A stretch of 23,780 nucleotides of DNA, from contig JADGIF010000066.1 of the NCBI GenBank assembly GCA_018985225.1, forward strand, positions 1-23,780. The letters run 5' to 3'. This document shows, piece by piece, positions 1-9,185 of this stretch. The position numbers and the translations under genes were made by a program. The notes below the pieces were generated by a model, which saw only the letters and a program-made list of their open reading frames with translations, searched no databases and was not told where the DNA came from. The stretch is from Amoeboradix gromovi X-113 (Eukaryota > Fungi > Sanchytriomycota). How positions within the stretch are numbered: position 1 is the first letter of the stretch; each line of letters opens with the position of its first letter.

Positions 1-43
1 GAAATTCTCGATTTTCTCGGAAATCTGGACTTTTAACGAGGAG
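1..43 (+). mobile_element. 3' terminus (putative omegaRNA scaffold end) of a family A Fanzor2-like element that continues upstream of the window
   Basis: 43/43 identical to the reverse complement of 18114-18156, the 3' end of the TnpB/Fanzor remnant; identity stops abruptly after ...TTTTAACGAGGAG. Confidence 0.85.
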
Positions 44-226
44 ATAGTATTAAATAAAATAATTGCTCCAAATCTTGCGAATATCCTCTCAATCATCTTG
101 TGGAAGAAATTTTTTCTAAAATAGATTATTAGAACATTGAAATAATTCCAAGCAAAGGTCCTGTATCGGGTTGTGTTCCAGTAGGTAACTTCCGGATCCT
201 TTTGTAAACAACCCCTTCAAACTTAA

Positions 227-1159
227 ATGAATCAAAATTCTAATACTTCTACAAATGACTACCAAATGTACGACCCGAATGTATTTGGTGATTATTCTTC
301 AAATTTCACTGAAGGATTTTATGGTAATCAGCAACCGTCTCAGCAATCTCAAGTGGCACAACCTCAACAGCAGCTACCGGCGGCATCACAGGAATATTTG
401 AGAGTTCCGTCTCCTTTTGAGCCATACATGAGTGATAGTAGCTACGGCTCTGGTGTGAATGAAGAGGACTCCCGCAAGAAAAGAAGAAACATGCAAGAAA
501 AGAAGCGCAGAGAACAATTAAATTTGGCAATCGACTCATTTAGAGATTTAATTCCCCCAGAGATCGTGTACAATCTAACGAAAGATACTTCTAAAATGAA
601 TGATAAAATCAGTAGACATCAGTTGGTGGATTGCACTCGCCAATATATTGATATACTAAGGCAGACTGTTTTTGAGCAAAATCAGTTTCTTATGCAGCAT
701 CAGTTGAGTTGTCCCATCAGCTCTCCTATTGAAATTGATGCCATGATTGGTAGGAAGAAACGTCCTTTGCAATCCTTGGACAGACTTCAACCACCAAAAT
801 CTCCTCGATTAGACTCTGCTCATCACACGCCTGCGGTGTCTGTAACAACGTCACTCGAGAACCTACAAGTTAATCATCCCGTATCTCCAGATGCTTTGTC
901 GCCGGTTATTTCTCCTGATGGAATTGTTATTCAACAACCAGAAGTTCAAATAAGCCAGCCGAAATTAGCAATCCCATTCAATGATCAGTCAACAGTCGCT
1001 AATCTGATTACTCGATTGAATGATAACTTGCGGGTTATGTATATGATGCTAAGGGATACTCCTGACATGTCATACTGGATTAGAAAAAGCATTGAAAGAT
1101 GTCAAGACATTACTAAAGATGTTTTAGAGTATCACTCGCATCGTAATATGCCACAGTAA
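227..1159 (+). CDS. bHLH transcription factor
   Basis: Basic-helix1 RKKRRNMQEKKRREQLNLAIDSFRDLIP and helix2 KISRHQLVDCTRQYIDILRQ; Q/S/P-rich flanks; AATAAA overlaps the stop codon. Confidence 0.85.
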   Translation: MNQNSNTSTNDYQMYDPNVFGDYSSNFTEGFYGNQQPSQQSQVAQPQQQLPAASQEYLRVPSPFEPYMSDSSYGSGVNEEDSRKKRRNMQEKKRREQLNLAIDSFRDLIPPEIVYNLTKDTSKMNDKISRHQLVDCTRQYIDILRQTVFEQNQFLMQHQLSCPISSPIEIDAMIGRKKRPLQSLDRLQPPKSPRLDSAHHTPAVSVTTSLENLQVNHPVSPDALSPVISPDGIVIQQPEVQISQPKLAIPFNDQSTVANLITRLNDNLRVMYMMLRDTPDMSYWIRKSIERCQDITKDVLEYHSHRNMPQ

Positions 1160-1200
1160 TAAACATTTTCTATTTTTATTGCATTTTACTCCTTACAAAC

Positions 1201-2181
1201 ATGAAGCCTTCGATGCTTGCCATACATCCAGGAAAACTAGAAAGCATTCAAGCTTCATTAAGAATTGAAAAGTTTATTGTAATTAGTGGTCCTAGCGGAG
1301 TTGGGAAGACCGAAATTGTGACATCATTATGCCCAAATCATTTAATTATCCACGAAGACGCGACTCTGTTTGATTTTAGCGAGAGCTATCATTCGTTTAA
1401 TTTGTACTTAAAGAAACTAAGGAACATACTGAATTTTACACCCAAAGGAACCAGCATATTAATTGAAGATTTACCATTGTTGTGGACAAAGTCCAATGAG
1501 ATGGATTTTAAAAGAGTGTTAATGCAGTCTCAAAACCAGGTCATTATTTTATACAATACTTCACTGCCAGAACCATTTAAAATATCAAAATACACCATAA
1601 AAAACACAAAGGTTTTATTTGTTGGTATGGTCCCTAAAACGTATTTGAAAAAGGCTCTGGATCAAAAGTATGGCCGCAAAATACCCAAAAAAGATCTTTC
1701 AATATATTTCGACCGTTCTCAAGGTGATATTCGTCAATTTCTTATAAACTATGAGTATAAATTGTGTTTTTTCAATCAGTCAGTCTTAAACCCGATGGAG
1801 TACTGTGCTAACATTCTGTACGGCACGCTACCAAATGAATGCACACATGCAGAACCTCATATCATAATACCCTTCATCAATTACAACTGCATATTGGCAT
1901 ATAATGACATTCAAGATGTTGCAAACACTTTGGATTGGTGTTCTTATAACTATAGTATCTTGAACCATTTAAAATCAAATACTGTAAACGAGCTATCGTA
2001 CAAGGGATTAAACACCATCCATCAAAAGGCAAAAAAGAGTCGGTTTGTATTAAACATTGAAAATCCATTTAAACTTCAATTAGACTATCATAATACAGGC
2101 TCATTGCTCGAGGAGCATGCCAGACAATGTCCTCAAGTAGTAACGTTTTCCGATGATGATTCTATAGTGGACCTAGAGTGA
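1201..2181 (+). CDS. RAD17: Rad17/Rad24-like checkpoint clamp loader (AAA+), reduced
   Basis: Walker A GPSGVGKT, Walker B-like ILIEDLP, sensor GDIRQ, acidic tail FSDDDSIVDLE typical of Rad17. Confidence 0.7.
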   Translation: MKPSMLAIHPGKLESIQASLRIEKFIVISGPSGVGKTEIVTSLCPNHLIIHEDATLFDFSESYHSFNLYLKKLRNILNFTPKGTSILIEDLPLLWTKSNEMDFKRVLMQSQNQVIILYNTSLPEPFKISKYTIKNTKVLFVGMVPKTYLKKALDQKYGRKIPKKDLSIYFDRSQGDIRQFLINYEYKLCFFNQSVLNPMEYCANILYGTLPNECTHAEPHIIIPFINYNCILAYNDIQDVANTLDWCSYNYSILNHLKSNTVNELSYKGLNTIHQKAKKSRFVLNIENPFKLQLDYHNTGSLLEEHARQCPQVVTFSDDDSIVDLE

Positions 2182-2202
2182 CTTTGAATACATAAATAAC
2201 TC

Positions 2203-2429
2203 TTCTATACCCTGGCTAAAAGACGCAATATCCGAAATAATCGAGAATTTTAATTGCAGTAATTGCTCAAACATCACTACCTTGAGGCGGGATTGAACAG
2301 CATGCTGCCATTTTGTAGTTCATAGCGATATGATATCTATCCAAACCAGCTTGTTAATGTCGATGAGTTTAAACTGTATCTACCAGCTCTTTCTTTAGAT
2401 CTGAAGTCTTCAGGATTTGGGGTATAGAA
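2203..2429 (-). mobile_element. Non-autonomous 227-bp family A mini-element carrying a diverged omegaRNA-like scaffold and no nuclease ORF
   Basis: 2211-2305 aligns with about 18116-18238; 2370-2399 matches 18543-18572 at 22/30; bounded by inverted 10-mers TTCTATACCC (2203-2212) and GGGTATAGAA (2420-2429). Confidence 0.7.
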
Positions 2430-2615
2430 TTACTTGTCGTTGATGAATAGTAAAGATGTAGCATTCTCTATCCTTTCGAAGTGTCTAGAAAGAAGGGTCT
2501 TTATATAAAAAAGACACGTACTCTCGATGAGTGGTTTATTCAATAAAATTATCAGCTGACTTGGTCTAAAATTCAAAAAGCATTTCAATCCAGTAAATCG
2601 GATCTTCGCAAGGCA

Positions 2616-2927
2616 ATGAGGATCAAAATGGAGTACCCTAAAATAGCAGAATATGTTCAGGAACAACTAGGAATGTTACTAGATGGGATAGATGAAATAA
2701 AATATGAGAACATTGAAAATGCAGAAACATTGAAATTGCTAGAACCAATAGAATTGGAATACTTGGATGTGCTAGATTTAATGAAAGATCATTATGCAGA
2801 AATGACCAAGATTCAAGGTAAATCAATGGAATTGGCAGAAATGAAAATGAAATGGATGTGTAAAGGCATTTTGAAGGACTTGTACGCAACATATTCAGAT
2901 TTGCTAGAGATTAGCAAACCCAAATAG
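2616..2927 (+). CDS. Small helical hypothetical protein (start may be the ATG at 2628)
   Basis: 103-aa ORF with E/K/L/M-rich helical composition and AATAAA just after the stop; no family recognised. Confidence 0.55.
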   Translation: MRIKMEYPKIAEYVQEQLGMLLDGIDEIKYENIENAETLKLLEPIELEYLDVLDLMKDHYAEMTKIQGKSMELAEMKMKWMCKGILKDLYATYSDLLEISKPK

Positions 2928-3219
2928 TAAATAAAATTTAAGATTTTACTTTATTAAATTTACTAGTTTGGAAAAATTAGAGCAAATACCTTGAGTGTTG
3001 GAAATATAAACTATTAGGACTCTAACTATTCAAATTAGCTTGTTCTTTTCATTTCGCAAAATGTTGCTAGGTTTCATTCCCTTAACTTCAAGCTATTCCA
3101 CATCAGAAATTAGTTCGATTACAAAGTGTACGTAAAAACAACAAGAAACACAATCACTCAAAGAATCTTTTCCTTATTGGAATTTCTAACTTGAGTCCAG
3201 CGGATAAAACATAATTTAA

Positions 3220-3474
3220 ATGATAGCCCAAATCAAAAATTCGTTGCGGCTCATATTCTACAAGAATGTTGGGAAAGATATATATGGAAATGTTTACTTG
3301 GAATCTAAAAGACTAAATCAATTTGGAAGAAAGACCCGGTTAGTTAGTTATGCTCGAAAAGATGCAAATATAGAATCCATGGAAAATTTACACAACGCCT
3401 TTGAAGAGTCTTCAAAGTTGCCAGTTTCTTGGCAAAACTGGTTGAGATATACTAGAAATGATCCGCCTTCTTGA
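3220..3474 (+). CDS. NDUFA12/NDUFAF2-family complex I accessory or assembly protein
   Basis: VGKDIYGNVYLE...R.VSY...LPVSWQNWLRYTRNDPP matches the NDUFA12 family signature; C-terminus is short. Confidence 0.8.
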   Translation: MIAQIKNSLRLIFYKNVGKDIYGNVYLESKRLNQFGRKTRLVSYARKDANIESMENLHNAFEESSKLPVSWQNWLRYTRNDPPS

Positions 3475-4067
3475 TCAGTAAATTTAACCTGGATATTCAT
3501 ATTTCAACACCTCATTAAGAGTCTTGGTTTTTCAGGAAATCAAAAATTTCTACAGGTAAACTGAAAAATCAAGTCTATTCTCTACCGCAGTAACTGATAT
3601 CATTTGAACCCTAAGGCAGGGTAGAACAGGGTTGGATTACTTCAAATTTGTGATCTTTACTAACATGGTATCATTAGAAACCAGGCAATGACCACCTTCA
3701 ACGCCTTTAACAGTTTAGGCTCCTTCGATGCCTTCATATAGAGTACTAGCATGTCGTTCAATATCCTCTTTTCTTTTTTGGATGAGACTATCTCATAACA
3801 GTACCCTCTTTTCGCGAACGTTTTAGATGCCAAGCCACTGATGAGCGTAAATGGTGCCGGAGTCTGTTACTTGGCTTTGTAAGGCATCTGATAGTCGTTG
3901 CAGAAGAATATATTCTATATTTCTTGACGATGTGTTCAGATTTAACATGCACCAGCTATGATTATTTGAAGACATCTGTACAAGTAGAGATGAGCTCCTA
4001 AAACGATAATTATCATGAAATCATTATAATGATTTACTCAGTTTAACGAAGGCCTGTACTTCAAAAC

Positions 4068-5804
4068 ATGAATGACTTGAAGAGCAAATCACCATTCAGA
4101 AAAACAAAATCAGGTCACAGCCAACACCAAATATGGGAAAATGGCAAGGATGTGACACCAATTCCATTTTATGCAGGTACACATCTTAATGTCAGTAGCG
4201 CTAGTTTGTTCCATAGTGTATCAAATGCAAATTTGAGTAAAGTTATGCTGAGAAGCGGAATGAAATCAGCAAGATTTAATGCGACTGATTGCCAGTCTGG
4301 GCCTATGGCTCTTTTTAAGCAGGCACACGAATTTGTACCTTCTGTAACCCAATATTGCAGCAATTTGAATGAGGACAACGTTATATGCCTGGATGATGAA
4401 ACCACGACTTTGGATCTGTCCCCTGTGTGCACCATTATAAACATCAATGAATTTTTGTGCGACTTGATTATTAAGCCTTGCTTCTCCAAAACATCTGGTA
4501 CTGAGTACGGCGAAAACAGTGTGGCTAGTCAATATGATACTGTATACCGATCTTTTGAGGACGAGGCTAGTTCGGACGATGTTGGGGATGATAGTTACAC
4601 CGATGATGAAGAGAATGAGACAGATAAAAGTTCCGTACTTTCAAGTCATTATTCTTATTCAACTGCAAGATCTACTATGAAGATTGAATCTAACGAAAGG
4701 TTTATTAAGTTAGAAAAGCAATTCTCGAGGGAAATGATGGAATCCCTCGAACAGTTACGAAAGTTTGTTAACACCAAATCCTATACAGCAGATATTTTAC
4801 AATTCTATAACAAGTATGCTCAAGACTACAAGAGCATTAAAATGCTGATAACTGTCAAACCTGTAAAATATCATGGCAAATGTGTTTCATTGCAATTCAA
4901 CGATCAAAACGGCTTACTGCTTGGCCTTTTTGTGGAGAGCTCATTTAGTAGCTACCTCGCATTGTGGAGTATCGAAGAGTTTTTTGACTCTTCTTGGTCG
5001 GAGCCTCGTAAGATATTTAGTTTTGATGCTCAACTTATTTCATTGCTGGTAGATACGAACAGTAATGTGCTTTATTGCGCATCTGATGCAGGTACATTGT
5101 TTGTTATTGCATTTGACCAAGATAGTCAGTCTTGCGAATTGATTTTTGATAGTCGCTTACTGTTTGACAACGAAATGCATGGCATAACTCATATTGAGTT
5201 ATCAGTTGAAGACTCTCCAAGTTTGCTGGTCAGTAACATTAAGGGACAGCTAGTTTGCTACAAAGTTGCCAAAAGAATGTCTATGTCGGTGGTGGCATTT
5301 TATGATCCACATTCGTTTGTATTTATTTTGAGTTTCTGTAAATTTAATAATAAATTATGTTTGTTAGCTAGCGATGGTACAATATCGTTAGTAGAATCTG
5401 GCTATACGGGTCAGAAATGCATGCCATTTTTAAGCTTACCATCTTTAGCGACAAGTATAAAGTCAAATTTGATATATTTCGGCATTCTAACCTTAAACAG
5501 CTTTTTAATATCAGGCTTGGATTTCAAATTCAAACCTCTATCACCTGGTTTACCAAACAGCGACTCTGTGTCTGATTTTACGTTTAATCCATGGAATCAT
5601 CATTCTTGTGCATTAATTTCTAAAAAGGGAAAAGTGTTTGTGTACTTGTTAAACCAATCAACAAACGAACCACAGGATTCATACTTTCTACCTGACAGAT
5701 GTCTAACCTCTGTGTCTTTTACTTCTAACGGTCATATATTGTTGGTTGGTGACTCTGATGGTGTTTTTACAGTGTTTAGATTGCAGCAAGAATTAGTTTC
5801 GTAA
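4068..5804 (+). CDS. Divergent WD40 axonemal dynein intermediate chain (DNAI4/WDR78-like)
   Basis: N-terminal ENGKDVTP.P motif; C-terminal WD repeats, including FNPWN and LTSVSFTSNGHILLVGDSDGVFTVFRL. Confidence 0.6.
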   Translation: MNDLKSKSPFRKTKSGHSQHQIWENGKDVTPIPFYAGTHLNVSSASLFHSVSNANLSKVMLRSGMKSARFNATDCQSGPMALFKQAHEFVPSVTQYCSNLNEDNVICLDDETTTLDLSPVCTIININEFLCDLIIKPCFSKTSGTEYGENSVASQYDTVYRSFEDEASSDDVGDDSYTDDEENETDKSSVLSSHYSYSTARSTMKIESNERFIKLEKQFSREMMESLEQLRKFVNTKSYTADILQFYNKYAQDYKSIKMLITVKPVKYHGKCVSLQFNDQNGLLLGLFVESSFSSYLALWSIEEFFDSSWSEPRKIFSFDAQLISLLVDTNSNVLYCASDAGTLFVIAFDQDSQSCELIFDSRLLFDNEMHGITHIELSVEDSPSLLVSNIKGQLVCYKVAKRMSMSVVAFYDPHSFVFILSFCKFNNKLCLLASDGTISLVESGYTGQKCMPFLSLPSLATSIKSNLIYFGILTLNSFLISGLDFKFKPLSPGLPNSDSVSDFTFNPWNHHSCALISKKGKVFVYLLNQSTNEPQDSYFLPDRCLTSVSFTSNGHILLVGDSDGVFTVFRLQQELVS

Positions 5805-5820
5805 TAAATATCTGTTTTAT

Positions 5821-8340
5821 TTAACTAAATAGCTGCGGGTTATAGTATACTCTTTTCTGCCTAGACAGTCTCCAATCTTCGTTGCGGGCACCCCTTAATA
5901 GTGGGGTGAGACTTTCGACTTGTTTCTTCTCCTCTTTAAACAAGTGTGGTGCCAATTCAATAAGCCACTTAGGTTCTATTTTTACTACCTGTCGCATGTA
6001 TTCTTTGCTAGTCATAATCAGCTCATGATAAAGTGCCCATTTAGGTTGTTTTACAAATAGTGCGCTACTTGGATGCATGTATATAGGCGTGTCTTCTAAT
6101 ATTGTACTATATCCTCCTTTTATCTTTTTTGCCACATGGTGAAAGTATCCACTCACTATGCTTTTTAATATGCACTTTATATCAGCAGAAGATTGTATGG
6201 GTCCCTTGCAGTATCTTAAAAGTTGATCTCTAATTTGTCTTGCTCTCTTGAGACTTCTATATTGGACATAGTTCATCCTGCACCAGTCCTGGCTGTAATT
6301 CGATTTTACCCACTCTTGATACACTTTTAGTAATGTAATATGATCTCCTTGTTGATGGTGAAATTTAATTTTCTTATCATCTGCAACAGATTGCTTCTCT
6401 CTTGGCCTGTACCATATGTTGGGTACGCTTAGCATGGCTACGATTATAAGTATTTCGCTAGTGCATTTGTATTCCTTGCTAATAATTAGCGTTTTTGCTA
6501 AAGACGGATCTACAGGTAACTCGGTCATTTTATAACCAAGTTCACTAATTATACCTTCCTCATCAACAGCACCCAAATAAAACAAGTGCTCTATTGCAGT
6601 ATTTATAGATTTAATTGACGGTTTATCCATAAAATCAAAAGTACTCAGATCATATATACCCATAGCAAGCAGAGTTAACACCGTGTTGGCCATGTTGGTG
6701 CGTTGAATCTCCGGGATAGTATTAGGTAGCATCTCGTTTGCATACGCTAATTGAGTATATAACCGATAACACTTTCCGGGCTTAGTACGACCAGCTCTAC
6801 CGCTCCTTTGATTAGCCTGAGCCTGGCTAATTGGGACCACAACAAGACTATCCATTCCTAGTCTAGGATCATAACAAGATTGTTTAACAAATCCACAATC
6901 TACAACATAGACTATTCCAGGGATAGTAACTGATGTCTCTGCGATGTTAGTAGATAGCACAACTTTACGAGTATCTGTAGGTTCAAATATGCGAGATTGT
7001 AAATGATTAGGCAATGATGCATATAATGGCAGAATTAGCATTTTGTTGTTTAATTTTCGTACCTTCTCATTTAAGATATCACAGCCATAATCAATCTCCT
7101 CTTGTCCTGTTAAAAAGCAAAGAATATCGCCCTCTGGTTCGTTCAAATGTATCTGCATAATTGTGTTCAAGCAGGACTCGACATGGTCCGATTGAGGATT
7201 TTTACTGTACAACACATCTACAGGGAAAGTGCGACCTTTAATTGTAAGAATAGGAGCACTGAAATAACTAGCAAATGACTTTGCATCAAGCGTAGCACTA
7301 GTTACTATAACTTTCAAGTCTTTTCTCTTTTTAGCAGCATTTTTGATTAAGCCAAACAGTACATCAGTGTTCAACGACCGTTCATGAGCCTCATCTAAGA
7401 AAATAACAGCATATCTGGACAGCAAAGGATCTATTAAGCACTCACGAACAAGTAATCCATCTGTAAGATATTTTATTTTAGTTCTACTACTAGTTGTGTC
7501 ATCAAACCTTACTGAGTACCCCACCAATTCACCCAACTTACAATTCATTTCATAACTGACGCGTTTGGCTACATTAATAGCAGCTATACGTCTAGGTTGT
7601 GTACACGCAATGATATTATCTGCGGAATATTTATAATTTGGGACATTGTTACAATAATAATGATACATATACTGAGTAAGTTGAGTTGTTTTACCACTGC
7701 CAGTCTCACCAATAACTATCGTTATTTGATTGTTATGAATCGTTTCTAGAATTTCCTGCTTTTTATGGAAAATTGGCAATTGCTTTTGAGATTCAGACAC
7801 GGGAACCACCTTTGCGTATGCATGCGATGTAGACTGTGTAGGAAAATGAGGTTTGTTCGACGATTTGCGATTTTGAATGATTTGAGAGCCCTTTAGAATG
7901 TTCTTATTTAATGAACCATTTGGCAATTTAATTAGCTGTTGTAGAGGCTCATACGAATCCTGAGTATTAATTAAATAATTGACCTTGTCTCTTTTAACTG
8001 TGATTTCCATGTCCTCAACACTCGCATCGGAGGAAGAACCATCGCTTGATTTAAATCGCTTTAGCTTATCGTCTTCCGTGTCATCTACGCTGTGAGGCCT
8101 TTTATACGAATTGGTATTTAGTGAGTAATTGAAGCCTTGCTCAAGTACACTGTATATCTGTTCTATTAAAGACTGATTTTTTATATGCTCAGAGAGAACC
8201 AGTCTAACATCTTCTTTTGAAATGAACAAATGCACAATGTATTTGGCAAGGGTAATGTCTTCATCATTAAAATGTGGATATATTATGTTATGGACCATTT
8301 GGACTACGGATAGTTCATTAAGTTTGTGAAAAAGTTCCAT
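5821..8340 (-). CDS. PRP22: Pre-mRNA splicing DEAH-box helicase Prp22/DHX8 (839 aa from the ATG at 8340)
   Basis: GETGSGKTT, TQPRRIAA, DEAHER, SAT, QRSGRAGR, HA2/OB regions; PWI-like N-terminus (LAKYIVHL) and C-terminal ...DWRLSRQKR. The ORF-track GTG start at 8481 is unlikely in a eukaryote. Confidence 0.9.
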   Translation of the reverse strand: MELFHKLNELSVVQMVHNIIYPHFNDEDITLAKYIVHLFISKEDVRLVLSEHIKNQSLIEQIYSVLEQGFNYSLNTNSYKRPHSVDDTEDDKLKRFKSSDGSSSDASVEDMEITVKRDKVNYLINTQDSYEPLQQLIKLPNGSLNKNILKGSQIIQNRKSSNKPHFPTQSTSHAYAKVVPVSESQKQLPIFHKKQEILETIHNNQITIVIGETGSGKTTQLTQYMYHYYCNNVPNYKYSADNIIACTQPRRIAAINVAKRVSYEMNCKLGELVGYSVRFDDTTSSRTKIKYLTDGLLVRECLIDPLLSRYAVIFLDEAHERSLNTDVLFGLIKNAAKKRKDLKVIVTSATLDAKSFASYFSAPILTIKGRTFPVDVLYSKNPQSDHVESCLNTIMQIHLNEPEGDILCFLTGQEEIDYGCDILNEKVRKLNNKMLILPLYASLPNHLQSRIFEPTDTRKVVLSTNIAETSVTIPGIVYVVDCGFVKQSCYDPRLGMDSLVVVPISQAQANQRSGRAGRTKPGKCYRLYTQLAYANEMLPNTIPEIQRTNMANTVLTLLAMGIYDLSTFDFMDKPSIKSINTAIEHLFYLGAVDEEGIISELGYKMTELPVDPSLAKTLIISKEYKCTSEILIIVAMLSVPNIWYRPREKQSVADDKKIKFHHQQGDHITLLKVYQEWVKSNYSQDWCRMNYVQYRSLKRARQIRDQLLRYCKGPIQSSADIKCILKSIVSGYFHHVAKKIKGGYSTILEDTPIYMHPSSALFVKQPKWALYHELIMTSKEYMRQVVKIEPKWLIELAPHLFKEEKKQVESLTPLLRGARNEDWRLSRQKRVYYNPQLFS

Positions 8341-8850
8341 TACTCCGTGAAAGTAGAACAAAATTGCATCAAAATTCTTACAGAATGAAAGTGCTTCCAG
8401 CTTGTAGACAAAAGTGGAACTGAGGATTTTCCGAAGAAGCATTAACGCTTGAAACCTTAAATCAGCTGGCAGTGGCGCCACAGACCTTAGATATTTATTA
8501 CAACGAAAATATTAATAAATGATTTTAATGCGCAAAATAGTTTTATGGCTTCTACAGATAGTAGGGGAGAAATAATACAAAGATGTTAGTCATCTGCACA
8601 CTCACAATCATCACCAGTGTAAGAGACACGGGTTTATGTAAACATTAGGGCAAAAAGAATTATCCTAGTAGCTCGAAAACTCAGAACGCAGAGGCGGCTT
8701 TTAGGCTACATCGCAAACTACAGGTTTGACTACTTTCAGTCCAATACCGTCTTTCACTACGCTTGCTTTGCCCAATGCAATCCAGTTAGAGATACGCTGC
8801 TTGTCTCAGCAGGTACCAAATGGTTTCAATTCAAAAAGAACGAGACACAA

Positions 8851-8880
8851 AATTCAAATACTTGATCAGGTATTTGAATT
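8851..8880. repeat. 30-bp near-perfect palindrome
   Basis: AATTCAAATACTTGATCAGGTATTTGAATT; self-complementary except for one T-G pair. Confidence 0.8.
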
Positions 8881-9185
8881 AATAGGCCTCAAAGATTAAA
8901 AATATCATGTTTATTAACAAGGGTTATTGCGCGTCTAATGAGGAATGAGGAAAGAGTATTTTCGCAGAGGGCAAATGAAAACTCAGCCATCTCGCCTAAT
9001 CTTTTGGTCATAAAATATGGGTATCTTTATAAAAATTAACTAGACTAGTTTTACAGTATATAGCAGCAAAGACCTAGATGCGCTATCCATTATGAGACAG
9101 TGCCGCGCTTGTACTCGGGCCCAGCTTTGAAAATCTGTATCAAATAATCCCATTTGTTTCAAACTTGTTTACGTGTTAAATCGTC

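Noticed and set aside
3480-4060. Protein-like broken minus-strand frames (e.g. IERHASTLYEGIEGA*TVKGVEGGHCL)
   Set aside because: Possibly a transposon relic, but no family is recognisable with confidence
8341-8481. N-terminal extensions of Prp22 (GTG 8481) and Rev3 (TTG 10495) from the ORF track
   Set aside because: Bacterial-type start codons; similarity begins at downstream ATGs (8340 and 10528)
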